A stretch of 64,000 bases of DNA from Taibaiella sp. (GTDB lineage: Bacteria > Bacteroidota > Bacteroidia > Chitinophagales > Chitinophagaceae): NCBI GenBank assembly GCA_021740995.1, contig JAIOYR010000004.1, positions 14,495 through 78,494 on the forward strand. The letters run 5' to 3'. The stretch's first letter is position 1. Every line of letters begins with the position of its first letter. Below, in pieces: positions 18,652 to 28,500 of this stretch. The notes under the pieces were generated by a model. The model was not told the origin of the DNA. It ran no database searches and saw nothing but the letters and a program-made list of their open reading frames with translations. The position numbers were made by a program, and so were the translations under genes.

Positions 18652-18758
18652 CGAATGAAAAGTGGGAATTATCGCAAAATTGGCAAGTAAACCGTGACAT
18701 TAATCACCATCTTTTCTTTCCGAAAGAGTTAACTTTACAGTCGCAAACAGCTACAAAC

Positions 18759-19238
18759 ATGGGCAACAACAATAAAATAGGTCTGAACAGTAAGAAAGCA
18801 CAGCAACTTGCCAACAAACTAAATGCACTACTCGCAGACTATCAGATATTCTACATGAATGTGCGTGGGCTACATTGGAACATTGGTGGCAATATGTTCT
18901 TCGAGCTACACCTCAAATTTGAAGAGCTGTATACCAACCTGCTGCTGAAGGTAGACGAAGTGGCAGAGCGGGTGCTTACGCTGGGCAACACACCCATCCA
19001 TTCTTTTTCAGACTACATTAAGACAAGTGAACTGAAAGAGGCCAAGGACATACAAAATGGCGAAGAAGGTGTAACTCTTATTGTGGCTACTTTGCAAAAA
19101 CTAATAGTAAAGCAGAGAGAGCTGCTAAAGTTGGCTAACGACGCTGAGGACGAAGGCTCGAGCGCACTGATGAGCGACTATATCCGCGAGCAGGAAAAAC
19201 TCATCTGGATGTACTCTTCTTTCCTGAAGAAGATATAA
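18759..19238 (+). CDS. dps: DNA protection during starvation protein (Dps/ferritin-like)
   Basis: LHWNIGGNMFFELHLKFEELY, VDEVAERVLTLG, EQEKLIWM. Confidence 0.95.
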   Translation: MGNNNKIGLNSKKAQQLANKLNALLADYQIFYMNVRGLHWNIGGNMFFELHLKFEELYTNLLLKVDEVAERVLTLGNTPIHSFSDYIKTSELKEAKDIQNGEEGVTLIVATLQKLIVKQRELLKLANDAEDEGSSALMSDYIREQEKLIWMYSSFLKKI

Positions 19239-19391
19239 GCTAACCCGCTGCTATTGGCACGACCGGCTACAGAACAATGCTGCTGCATATACCACTGGCA
19301 TCAGCGTAAGCAGGTTATGTACAGCGTAGCAGTGAATATCCTGCTTTGTTTGGCTGAAGACACTACGCTGCTCGCAGATTACCATGCTATC

Positions 19392-19787
19392 TTAAGACCT
19401 TTCATAGCGCACAAAGATGGATATCCATATAGAGCGTGCCAAACGTTGTATCAGCGGCTGCAGCAGTATAAGCATAGCAGCATTTGCACCCAGCCACCAC
19501 CACACACGGTTATCCCGGAATGACATGCCTATCGTTAGCATCCACATTACAAAACTGAAGCCGCTGAGCATCACAGACAGGGCATAACTCACAAAGCCAG
19601 TGCCGAAATAAAAGCCTGTTTGCAGTTCATACTTCTGGTCGCATACCGGGCACTTGTCCGGCATTTGCATAGTAGATTTCAGATGGTACGGATTGGGGTC
19701 TATAAACAGATTGCCCTTCCTGCAATGAGGGCATTTATTGGTTACAATACTCCTGAAAAGTCCCGGGTTCGAATTATTAGTATTCAT
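19392..19787 (-). CDS. DUF983 family membrane protein with zinc ribbon
   Basis: KCPHCRKGNLF, CPVCDQKYELQTGFYFGTGFVSY, two TM helices. Confidence 0.88.
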   Translation of the reverse strand: MNTNNSNPGLFRSIVTNKCPHCRKGNLFIDPNPYHLKSTMQMPDKCPVCDQKYELQTGFYFGTGFVSYALSVMLSGFSFVMWMLTIGMSFRDNRVWWWLGANAAMLILLQPLIQRLARSIWISIFVRYERS

Positions 19788-19796
19788 ACAATTTCT

Positions 19797-20690
19797 TTAA
19801 ACAATGTTGCCGGAAGCCTTTCTGAATTCCTCCGGTGTAATACCTGTAGCCTTTTTAAAAAACTTGGTGAAATGAGAGTTGTCGGAGAAGTTGAGCTGCA
19901 ATGCCGTATCCGCTATACTTTGGTCGGCGTTTATCAGCAGCCGCTTTGCTTCCAGCAGTATTCTGTTGCGTATTATTTCGCCCGCTGGTTTGCCCAGCAG
20001 GTTGTTGCACAGTGCATTCAGGTGATTGGGGGTGATGCACAGTAGCGCTGCATATTCTTTGGGCAGCCTTTTTTCGGCATAGTGAATGTCTACCAGCTTT
20101 CTGAAATTGTAGTGTATCAACTGATGTTGCTGCTGCGCTTGCGCAGGCAGGCAGTCGGCAACATTGCGCTGCACCGTTACAAACAATTCTATAAGGCAGG
20201 CGCGAATATAATCGAGGGAGTATCCATCGCTTTTTTGCGCTTCGCTTATCATTTTTTCAAAGAGGCTTATTGCATTCGTATATGCAGTGCGTTGCAGCCT
20301 GTATACACTATCGTGTGCTACCCCTCTCAGAAAACAATACTTATCCAGATAATGGTCGTTAGATAAAAAGGAGCGAAACAGGGACTCTGAAAAATTGACG
20401 ACAAAGCCATCCACTCTGCCCTCAAAGTTCCAGCTATGCACCTGACCGGGAATCATAAAATAGATTTGCCCTGCCTTTACCGGAAACTTCTCGAAATCAA
20501 TAGTATGATAGCCGCCTCCTTCGGTAAAACATACTATATGGTAGAATGAATGACGGTGTGGCAAGTGCAGATTGGGGTGCACCTGCAGGTATGCGCCAAA
20601 TGGTGCTGCTATCAACTCATCCGGATTGTGGCTATGACCACTCAGGGAGCATATATCATATACCGGAATTGTACTTTTCACCTTTTGCAT
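19797..20690 (-). CDS. AraC-family transcriptional regulator
   Basis: Cupin HRHSFYHI; HTH region EAKRLL..IADTALQLNFSDNSHFTKFFKKATGITPEEFR. Confidence 0.95.
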   Translation of the reverse strand: MQKVKSTIPVYDICSLSGHSHNPDELIAAPFGAYLQVHPNLHLPHRHSFYHIVCFTEGGGYHTIDFEKFPVKAGQIYFMIPGQVHSWNFEGRVDGFVVNFSESLFRSFLSNDHYLDKYCFLRGVAHDSVYRLQRTAYTNAISLFEKMISEAQKSDGYSLDYIRACLIELFVTVQRNVADCLPAQAQQQHQLIHYNFRKLVDIHYAEKRLPKEYAALLCITPNHLNALCNNLLGKPAGEIIRNRILLEAKRLLINADQSIADTALQLNFSDNSHFTKFFKKATGITPEEFRKASGNIV

Positions 20691-20697
20691 TGCACAG

Positions 20698-20705
20698 CAA
20701 AGGTA
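20698..20705 (-). promoter_or_regulatory. Sigma-A -7 element for the AraC gene
   Basis: Reverse complement is TACCTTTG. Confidence 0.5.
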
Positions 20706-20742
20706 CTACTGCCACGGCTCTTAGCATTGTACAATCCTTAGT

Positions 20743-21900
20743 TTAATTTGTACTTTTTACTTTTTCAGTGTAATAATGGTTATATGCCTGGTCTATAAAT
20801 CCATTGCCCAGTTGGTTGAAGTTGAAGATGGTATACACCAGCACTACACAGTCTGCCTTGCCTATAGCACCTGTCCAGTCATACTCCCTGATGTAGGTAA
20901 ACTTATGGTCGTTGATATCATGCATCTCGTCGAAGTAGCGCCAGAATTCGCACTGGTCATTCATCTTGTACACTATCCCGAATTCTACCATTTTATGAGC
21001 ATAGCTATCGCCTATGTATATGGCGTTTATTTTCTTTTGCCCGCTATCCGGCACGTCCTGTATCACCGGGTAGGCAAGGGTCTCGGTAGCTACCGGGAAG
21101 ATCAGATTCAGCTCGCGTGCCACATCATCATCGCCTGCTCTCAGCTTGCTGGTATGCTCCATCTGCGTCCATACAGGGTGCTGCACTTTTATATTTGTCA
21201 GCCGCTCCATATACCGTATCAGGCTGTCGCCACCCAGTATGGCACCATAGTTGGTCCAGTGTATACCCTGCAACGAAAATAGTGGCTCTTTACTCTTCCC
21301 CTTCATAGCCACGAACCACGCATCCATGTCTACCTGATTGATGCCCAGCGAGTCGCAGATGTGCCTGTAGGTAGCATAGTTGGTGGTGCCCTGCTTCATG
21401 CGCCCCCAGCGGTCAGGGAAGTACTCGGGGTAAGAGGTAGCCTTGCTGGGTGCATACACCAGTATCAGCGACTTGCCCATATGGGCCAGCGTATCCTGTA
21501 TGGCTTTGAGCTTCACAGAGTTTTGCAGTATAGCCTCATAGCCTATATAGTCCAGCCCCACATACGCATCCAGGTAAGGCCGCTGAAACAAATACCGTTC
21601 TTTGCCCTTCACCGTCCATGCGGTGTGGCACTTATCCAGCAGCGAGTAGTCTAGCTGATTGTTTAGCCGCACCAGGTCTGCCCTGAAGCCCGTGGCATCA
21701 TTCAGGTATTTTTCTTTCTGCTGCTGGTAGCCCCCTTCTCTCCATCCCTCTATGCTAAATGTAGTATCGTCTGCTGCTTTGAACCCACCCTCCAGCGCAG
21801 CACTTTCTACAAAGCTGAAGCAATGCTGTGCCAGCGGCAGCAACATCACAATGAACATGCAGTAGAATAGCCCCTTCTTGATTGTAGTTTCCATCATCAT
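20743..21900 (-). CDS. AlgX/AlgJ-like SGNH O-acetyltransferase
   Basis: N-terminal TM anchor, LVYAPSK, GIHWTNYGA, IGDSY; start placed at the ATG overlapping the MBOAT stop (TGATG). Confidence 0.8.
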   Translation of the reverse strand: MMMETTIKKGLFYCMFIVMLLPLAQHCFSFVESAALEGGFKAADDTTFSIEGWREGGYQQQKEKYLNDATGFRADLVRLNNQLDYSLLDKCHTAWTVKGKERYLFQRPYLDAYVGLDYIGYEAILQNSVKLKAIQDTLAHMGKSLILVYAPSKATSYPEYFPDRWGRMKQGTTNYATYRHICDSLGINQVDMDAWFVAMKGKSKEPLFSLQGIHWTNYGAILGGDSLIRYMERLTNIKVQHPVWTQMEHTSKLRAGDDDVARELNLIFPVATETLAYPVIQDVPDSGQKKINAIYIGDSYAHKMVEFGIVYKMNDQCEFWRYFDEMHDINDHKFTYIREYDWTGAIGKADCVVLVYTIFNFNQLGNGFIDQAYNHYYTEKVKSTN

Positions 21901-23324
21901 CAGAACCTGAAATAAATAAACGGATTGAAAGTAGATACGGTAATGCGCCCTGCCGATATGATAAACAATGCAATGCCCAGGCACGCCATAGCCATATGCA
22001 TGGTCACCGTATAGTCTTTGTAAAACACCTTTTCCTGCAGCCTTTTGCCGGCCTCAGTCAGTGTGATAAACGAAAAGAAGATAGCTGCTGCCAGAAACAC
22101 CAGATATTCCTTGTCAGGCATCCATCCCCGGGTGTCTGCATGCCAGCTAAACATCCTTTTGAAATAGCCCAGCGCAGCATGAAAGTATTCTATCTTGAAA
22201 AATACCCACCCTATCATTATCACCGGGAAGGTATACAGGCATGCCGCCTTGCCCAGGCGCTGCAGCCACCTGCCCAGAAACAACCGCTCCACCACCAGAA
22301 AAAAACCATGATACAAGCCCCAAGCCACAAACCCCCATGCCGCACCATGCCACAGGCCCGACAGCAGGAACACCAGCCACAGGTTGAAGTATAGCCGCAG
22401 CTTATTGTTCACCTTGTTGCCACCCAGCGGAATGTATAGATAGTTGCGCATCCAGGTGCCCAGCGTTATGTGCCACCTGCGCCAGAAGTCCGTAACAGAC
22501 ACTGCGGTATAAGGGTTATTGAAGTTCTCCGGAAAGCGGAAACCCATCATCAGGCCCAGCCCTATAGCCATATCAGAGTAGCCCGAAAAATCGAAGTATA
22601 TCTGGAAGGTATAGCTCAGCGCACCCAGCCATGCGGTCATGGTTCCCAGCTCATGTTGTGGCATCGTGAAGATGGCATCCGCACTGGCACCCATTACATT
22701 GGCTATAAGCACTTTTTTTCCCAGCCCTATCAGGAAGCGATACAGCCCTCTCAGCTTGTTATCCGTGGTCTCAAACCCCGTATGGTCATATATCTGATTG
22801 GCAAAGTCGTGAAAGCGGATGATGGGGCCTGCTATCAGTTTGGGGAAGAGGATGATGTACAACTGATAGTCCCAAAAGTTGCGCAGCGGCTTGTGTACCT
22901 TTCTGTACACATCTACCACATACGTAATGGTCTCAAAGGTGTAGAACGATATACCTATGGGCAGTATCAGCCTTGCCCATGCTATCTCCTTTATACCCAT
23001 GCGCTGCAGCACATGGTTCATATTCTCTACAAAGAAGTTGCTGTACTTAAAGTAAAACAGCAGCCCCAGATTGATACTCAGCGACAGGCACAGCAGCAGT
23101 ACCCTTTGTACTTTTTGTACCTGCCTGTCCATCAGGCGCACCACATAAAAGTCTATGATAGTAGTAGCCAGCAGTATGAATATAAACTTAGGAGCACCCC
23201 ACGCATAAAAGAAGACACTGCCCGCAAGTATAATAGCATTTTTGTATCGCTTATCTGCCAGATAATAGATAAGAAAGAACACAGGCAGAAAGTAAAAAAG
23301 AAATACAATGCTGCTGAATACCAT
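21900..23324 (-). CDS. MBOAT family O-acyltransferase (AlgI/PatA/DltB-like)
   Basis: LPIGISFYTFE, FPKLIAGPI, YFDFSGYSDMAIG, FWRRWHITL, SGLWHGA. Confidence 0.95.
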   Translation of the reverse strand: MVFSSIVFLFYFLPVFFLIYYLADKRYKNAIILAGSVFFYAWGAPKFIFILLATTIIDFYVVRLMDRQVQKVQRVLLLCLSLSINLGLLFYFKYSNFFVENMNHVLQRMGIKEIAWARLILPIGISFYTFETITYVVDVYRKVHKPLRNFWDYQLYIILFPKLIAGPIIRFHDFANQIYDHTGFETTDNKLRGLYRFLIGLGKKVLIANVMGASADAIFTMPQHELGTMTAWLGALSYTFQIYFDFSGYSDMAIGLGLMMGFRFPENFNNPYTAVSVTDFWRRWHITLGTWMRNYLYIPLGGNKVNNKLRLYFNLWLVFLLSGLWHGAAWGFVAWGLYHGFFLVVERLFLGRWLQRLGKAACLYTFPVIMIGWVFFKIEYFHAALGYFKRMFSWHADTRGWMPDKEYLVFLAAAIFFSFITLTEAGKRLQEKVFYKDYTVTMHMAMACLGIALFIISAGRITVSTFNPFIYFRF

Positions 23325-23441
23325 AATAACAACGGTTGCTTACTGCGTGGCAAAAAATGAGAAACACGAAATGAAAATTTGAAATTAGTGTTTATTTTTT
23401 TATCAAACAATTAAGGGCAACTAGCCTGGGAGATGGTTTTT

Positions 23442-23475
23442 ACGAGAAAAAACGCCTGATGGCGTTTTTTCTCGT
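23442..23475 (-). terminator. Perfect 15-bp-stem hairpin, terminator of the small lipoprotein gene
   Basis: acgagaaaaaacgcc-tgat-ggcgttttttctcgt. Confidence 0.75.
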
Positions 23476-23497
23476 TATACATACTTCAGATTGAAAA

Positions 23498-23725
23498 TTA
23501 CAACCTGCAGGAAGTACCACCTGGCAAACTCTTATTGGCCTGATCTTCAAAATTGTTGCAGGATTGTTTTGCATCAGCATAATTCGAATTGTCTATATCA
23601 TGCTTTATGTCAGCCGACACTCCGCCCACTACCGTAGTACAAGTACATGTGTAGTCTTTTTTGCAAGAGGCAAATGAAGTCATTCCTAAAAGCGCTATCA
23701 TCGTAATAATTCGTGTTTTTGTCAT
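23498..23725 (-). CDS. Small cysteine-rich lipoprotein
   Basis: Lipobox FASC followed by KKDYTCTC; own promoter-like TACTTTTG and terminator. Confidence 0.8.
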   Translation of the reverse strand: MTKTRIITMIALLGMTSFASCKKDYTCTCTTVVGGVSADIKHDIDNSNYADAKQSCNNFEDQANKSLPGGTSCRL

Positions 23726-23944
23726 AGTATTATTGTTTAAAGGCGAAAAACTTTTTCACTGACACAAAAGTAGGCTGCCCCTATATGTAAACTGTTACAT
23801 AGCTGGAGTTATCTCTTACATCAATCACACATTCACACTCATAGAGTATGTCAGCAATTACCTTCCTCAGTATTTTTCATTTGCTTAACCTGCCTTCTCA
23901 ATGCAGTTGGCGAAACCTTCATTGCTACCTTAAAGCACTCCTCC

Positions 23945-24155
23945 CCTTTGCGTCCCTGTCTGCCGACCAGGTAGATTCGCATCACCGCAGTAAAACCCTC
24001 TTAGTGTCCCTCGTGCCCTTTGCCTGCCTGCGGTAAAAAATCCTTTGTGTCCTTTGTGCACTTTGTGGTGAACCCTACCCGCCCCTTTGTGTCCCTGTCT
24101 ACCGATTAGGTAGGTCCGCGCCCCTGCCTACCGCAGGCAGGTCCGCGGTGAAAAA
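23945..24155. repeat. Cluster of CTTTG(C/T)G repeats with inserted CCTGYCTRCCG..AGGYAGG palindromes
   Basis: Uninterrupted unit ctttgtgtcctttgtgcactttgtggtgaa lies beside units interrupted by cctgtctgccgaccaggtag, cctgtctaccgattaggtagg and cctgcctaccgcaggcagg. Confidence 0.75.
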
Positions 24156-24215
24156 CCAAACACGCCACTTTTCGCAAAACATTTTTAACTTTATGAAAAT
24201 CAAAAATTCAGACAC

Positions 24216-24560
24216 ATGAAATACTACTTCAGAGCCTGGCAGAAGTACATCACCTTCAAGGGTCGCGCCAGCCGCAAAGAGTATTGGTACTTTACCTTTA
24301 TCAATCTGGCTATTAGTTTGACACTGCACTTTGGCAGCCTCCATTTGCTGGGCCAGGAAGAGGTGATTCTAAACCAGACTATTGCCGACCTCTCCTATCT
24401 GGGTCTGGTGCTCATGCCACTGATATGTGTAGGTGTGCGCCGCATGCAGGACGTAGGCAAAACCGGCTGGCACCTGATGATACCCGTATACGGCATCTGG
24501 CTTGCCTGCCTCGACGGCCACGAAGAAGACAATAAAAACGGCCCCAAGGCTACGTATTAA
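24216..24560 (+). CDS. DUF805 family membrane protein
   Basis: KYITFKGRASRKEYWYF, VGVRRMQDVGKTGW. Confidence 0.9.
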   Translation: MKYYFRAWQKYITFKGRASRKEYWYFTFINLAISLTLHFGSLHLLGQEEVILNQTIADLSYLGLVLMPLICVGVRRMQDVGKTGWHLMIPVYGIWLACLDGHEEDNKNGPKATY

Positions 24561-24971
24561 AAATGAAGGATAACAGCAACTGCACCCTATTTGAATAAAA
24601 TTCTTTACCTGCCATTAATAACACATCAGGATTGATAATCAAGCAGTTGCACATAGATGCTACACCCTACATCACCCCATGGTGACCCCATAAATGAAAG
24701 CTATTGGCGCACACAAAGAATTTTGGTGTAAAAGCATGCTTGCCAGGCTTTAAATAGGCAGCAAAATGTGTGCCAGAATCAGGTGAAACTAAAAGAATTT
24801 TTGTGCGTGTGTGGCACACTGCCGGAAGTATTCCACACCTGTGTAGGTGGGTTATGTAACTATTCTTCAAACGTGACACGTATAGGATTGCAACGGGCAA
24901 TGTTTTTGTAGCTTTCAGAATGAATATTATAGAAATACCTTTTGACATATTCCTCATAAAACGACCAGCCA

Positions 24972-25097
24972 ATGACCTGCGGTTATTGCGGTTCTAGAAT
25001 AAATTTTGAGGATTATTCTTACAGTAGCGATCAATGCCAGATACATAAATGCCTAAATGCAACATGTGGTTATGTGTTTCTTGCGGCGGAAGATTAG
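24972..25097 (+). CDS. Small zinc-ribbon protein, 41 aa (below the ORF-track cutoff)
   Basis: MTCGYCGSRINFEDYSYSSDQCQIHKCLNATCGYVFLAAED: CxxC...CxxxxC, translated by hand. Confidence 0.55.
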   Translation: MTCGYCGSRINFEDYSYSSDQCQIHKCLNATCGYVFLAAED

Positions 25098-25165
25098 AAA
25101 TATAAAGAGATAAGAAAGGTATGTTTGATTATCCTGTTAGCGAATAAACATTTATATATTAGAGC

Positions 25166-25570
25166 ATGATCAATAAAGATGTGATAAATGTAGCATGTGC
25201 AATTATTTTTAAGCACGACAAAATTCTAGTTGCTCAGAGGAGTGAGAAAATGAAACTTCCTTTAAAGTGGGAATTCCCTGGCGGAAAAGTAGGTGATAAT
25301 GAAAGCGCAGAAGAATGTATTCACAGAGAACTGATTGAGGAACTAAACATTACAATAAGTATCAAAAAATCGGCAAATAGTTACGTGCATGATTATGGAA
25401 ACTTCAAAATCAATCTCATACCATTTATAGCAGAATATTTAAGTGGTGATATGATTTTAACAGAACATAAAAATGCTCAATGGTTATCCCTAAGTGAATT
25501 GTCAACTCTGGATTGGGCACCAGCAGACCTTCCAATACTTCACGATTTAATAAACTCTCCAAATGCTTAA
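25166..25570 (+). CDS. MutT/NudG-like (deoxy)nucleoside triphosphate pyrophosphohydrolase
   Basis: Nudix box WEFPGGKVGDNESAEECIHRELIEEL, DWAPADLP. Confidence 0.93.
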   Translation: MINKDVINVACAIIFKHDKILVAQRSEKMKLPLKWEFPGGKVGDNESAEECIHRELIEELNITISIKKSANSYVHDYGNFKINLIPFIAEYLSGDMILTEHKNAQWLSLSELSTLDWAPADLPILHDLINSPNA

Positions 25571-28500
25571 ACTAGGGCTTTATGAACAGCTGATAAATCG
25601 GCTTTTTCTGACTAAATTAAACAAGCTTGGTACATCAAATTTTTATGTCAAAGAATCAATTTTAGACAAAGAAGAAGCTTCCAAATACTTGAGCAAGTAT
25701 TTAGGAGAGGTAATCGGAGTAGCCTTATCAACAATTAAGGATGAAAATAATGTTGAAAAGCAAATCGAACTCTCAAATAAGATAATCAAATTATTAAACG
25801 AGGAACTAAAAACTACAGATTTTGAAGATGACATTATTGAAATTCAAGGGAGGATATTGACTGCAATTTTTTCACGCTTGGATATAGATTATGTAAAAAT
25901 AGACGACCATATAAAACACATTACGCCATATACAAGATTTACCCAGAGCGAACTATTTATTGGGGGAAACAACCTAAAAATATCTTTGGAAAGTGAACTG
26001 AAGAAAGAGATTTTATCTGCCAATGAGATTTGCTTTTTAGTCTCCTTTATAAAGTATGGAGGAATCAGAGTGTTCCAAAAAGAATTTGAAGAATTCACCA
26101 ATAACGGGGGTAAATTAAAGATAATAACGTCATCTTATATGGGAGCAACAGACGTGAAAGCTGTTGAGTACTTAGCCAATTTGAGAAATACCGAAGTAAA
26201 AGTTTCGTATAATACACAGAGTGAACGATTGCATGCTAAAGCGTATCTATTTCTTAGAGACAGTGGATTTCACACTGGATATATTGGATCATCAAATCTC
26301 TCAAGATCTGCAGTTACCAACGGATTGGAATGGAATTTGAAAGTCACAACGAAAGAAATTGGCCACATAATTAAGAAGTTTCACGACACGTTTGAGTCTT
26401 ATTGGGAAGATAAAAGCTTCGAAAGTTTTGATAAACACAAGGATAGAGAGAAACTACAAGACTCAATAAATAGACAAAAAGGCACCAGTAATTACACAAT
26501 TGCATATTTTGACTTATCTCCATTTACATACCAAAAAGAAATACTAGAAAGACTTGAAGCAGAAAGAGTATTACATAATAGGTATAGAAATTTAATTGTT
26601 GCTGCGACAGGGACTGGAAAAACTGTAATAGCGGCCTTTGACTATAAGAAATTTAAAGAGAGCAAAAGTCGGGCTCGATTATTATTTGTTGCTCACAGAA
26701 AAGAGATACTTGAGCAAGCTCAAGCAACATTTAGAGGGGTATTAAAAGACAATAATTTCGGCGAATTATGGGTAGATGGAATTTTGCCAACTAAAAATGA
26801 TGTGGTTTTCGCATCCGTTCAAACCTTAAATAATCAATTGCCCAATTCTAAGCTCACGCAAGATTACTATGACTATATTGTAATAGATGAAGTACATCAT
26901 ATTGCCGCAAAAAGCTATAGACCAGTTTTGGAAGCGTTCAAGCCTCAGGTTCTTTTGGGACTTACGGCTACTCCTGAAAGAATGGATAATGAAAATATTC
27001 TTGTTGACTTTTGTAATGTCATTGCCGCTGAAATAAGGTTACCGGAAGCGCTAAATAGAGAACTACTATGTCCATTCCAGTATTTTGGCATTTCGGACAG
27101 CGTTGATTTATCCAAAGTTAAGTGGGAAAAAGGAAGGTACATTCAAAGTGAATTAACGCAATTGTACATTAATAACCGCCAAAGACTGAGTGAAATACTA
27201 CTAAATTTAGACAAGTACTTGACTGACATAAATAATGTTAGAGCTTTAGGATTTTGTGTATCGCAAGAGCATGCAAAATACATGGCAGAGAATTTCAAGG
27301 AAGCGGGTTTAAAGGCAGAATACCTTACAAGTAACAATAGTGAATTAAGAACAGAGTTACGAACGAGGCTTTTATCAGGTGATATCAATTACCTTTTTGT
27401 TGTAGATATATTTAACGAAGGCGTCGATATACCTGAAGTAGATACGGTTCTATTCCTAAGACCTACAGAAAGCTTAACTGTATTTTTGCAACAATTAGGA
27501 AGAGGCTTAAGAAAGGCAAAAGGCAAAGAGTGTTTGACCGTGCTTGACTTTGTTGGCAATAGTAGGCCAGAATATGATTTTGAGAAGAAGTTCAGAGCAT
27601 TAATTGGAAAAACAAACACATCCACTTCCAAAGAAATTGAAGATGAATTCCCACATTTGCCTTTAAATTGTTCCATCGTACTTGAGAAGAAAGCAAAAGA
27701 ATATATATTAGAGAACATTAAGAGTGCAACGAGTATTAATAGAAAGCAACTTCTAGATAAAATACGCAGCTTCAAATACAATAGCAGCAAATCAATTACC
27801 CTGTATAACTTTATTAGCGAAAATAACATTTCACTTGAATTTATATACAAGAAAGGGAGCTGGAAGAGACTGTGTGTAGAAGCAGGAATAGAAAGAGAAT
27901 TTCCAACAAACTGTGAAAAAGAAATAACTCGAGCTATCAGTAAGAAATGGCTTCTGTGTAATTCTATTTCCTATTTACAATTCATATTAGATTTAGCTAA
28001 AATGAACTTCTGTGTTAACGTTGATTCATTAAGTGAAAACGAAATATTAATGTGTACTATGTTGCATTACGATGTGTGGCAGGAGGCTAGTAAAAACAAT
28101 GATTTGGGTAGTAGTATTGCCGCAATTGGCGCCAATAGAGATTTGGTGTCTGAAATAGTGGAAGTGCTCGAAATTCTAATTGACAAAATCGATTTTCTAG
28201 AGAAACCTATTGACTTGAACTATGCTATGCCACTAAAGGTATACAGTAGGTATACTCGAGATCAAATTTGTTCCGCCTTTGGATGTAATACTATTGATGA
28301 AAAATTACTATCGCAGGCAGGTGTGATAAACATTAAAGACAAAAACACAGAGCTGCTATTTGTGACGTTAGAAAAATCAGAAAAGGAATATTCGCCAACG
28401 ACTCTTTATGATGACTATGCAATAAGTGAAACATTATTTCATTGGCAGTCTCAAAATTCAGCTAAACCCGATCTCGGTGCAGGACTTAGCTACATTACTC

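Noticed and set aside
20743-23324. MBOAT + AlgJ/X-like pair as a novel system
   Set aside because: Standard two-component polysaccharide O-acetylation module.
22470-23360. 296-aa plus-strand ORF, and similar long ORFs at 11005-11748, 39484-40176, 45746-46447 and 48335-49084
   Set aside because: All lie antisense to well-supported genes and have no recognisable motifs; these are shadow ORFs.
24667-24972. 101-aa minus-strand ORF
   Set aside because: No motif or plausible start context; may be decayed sequence.
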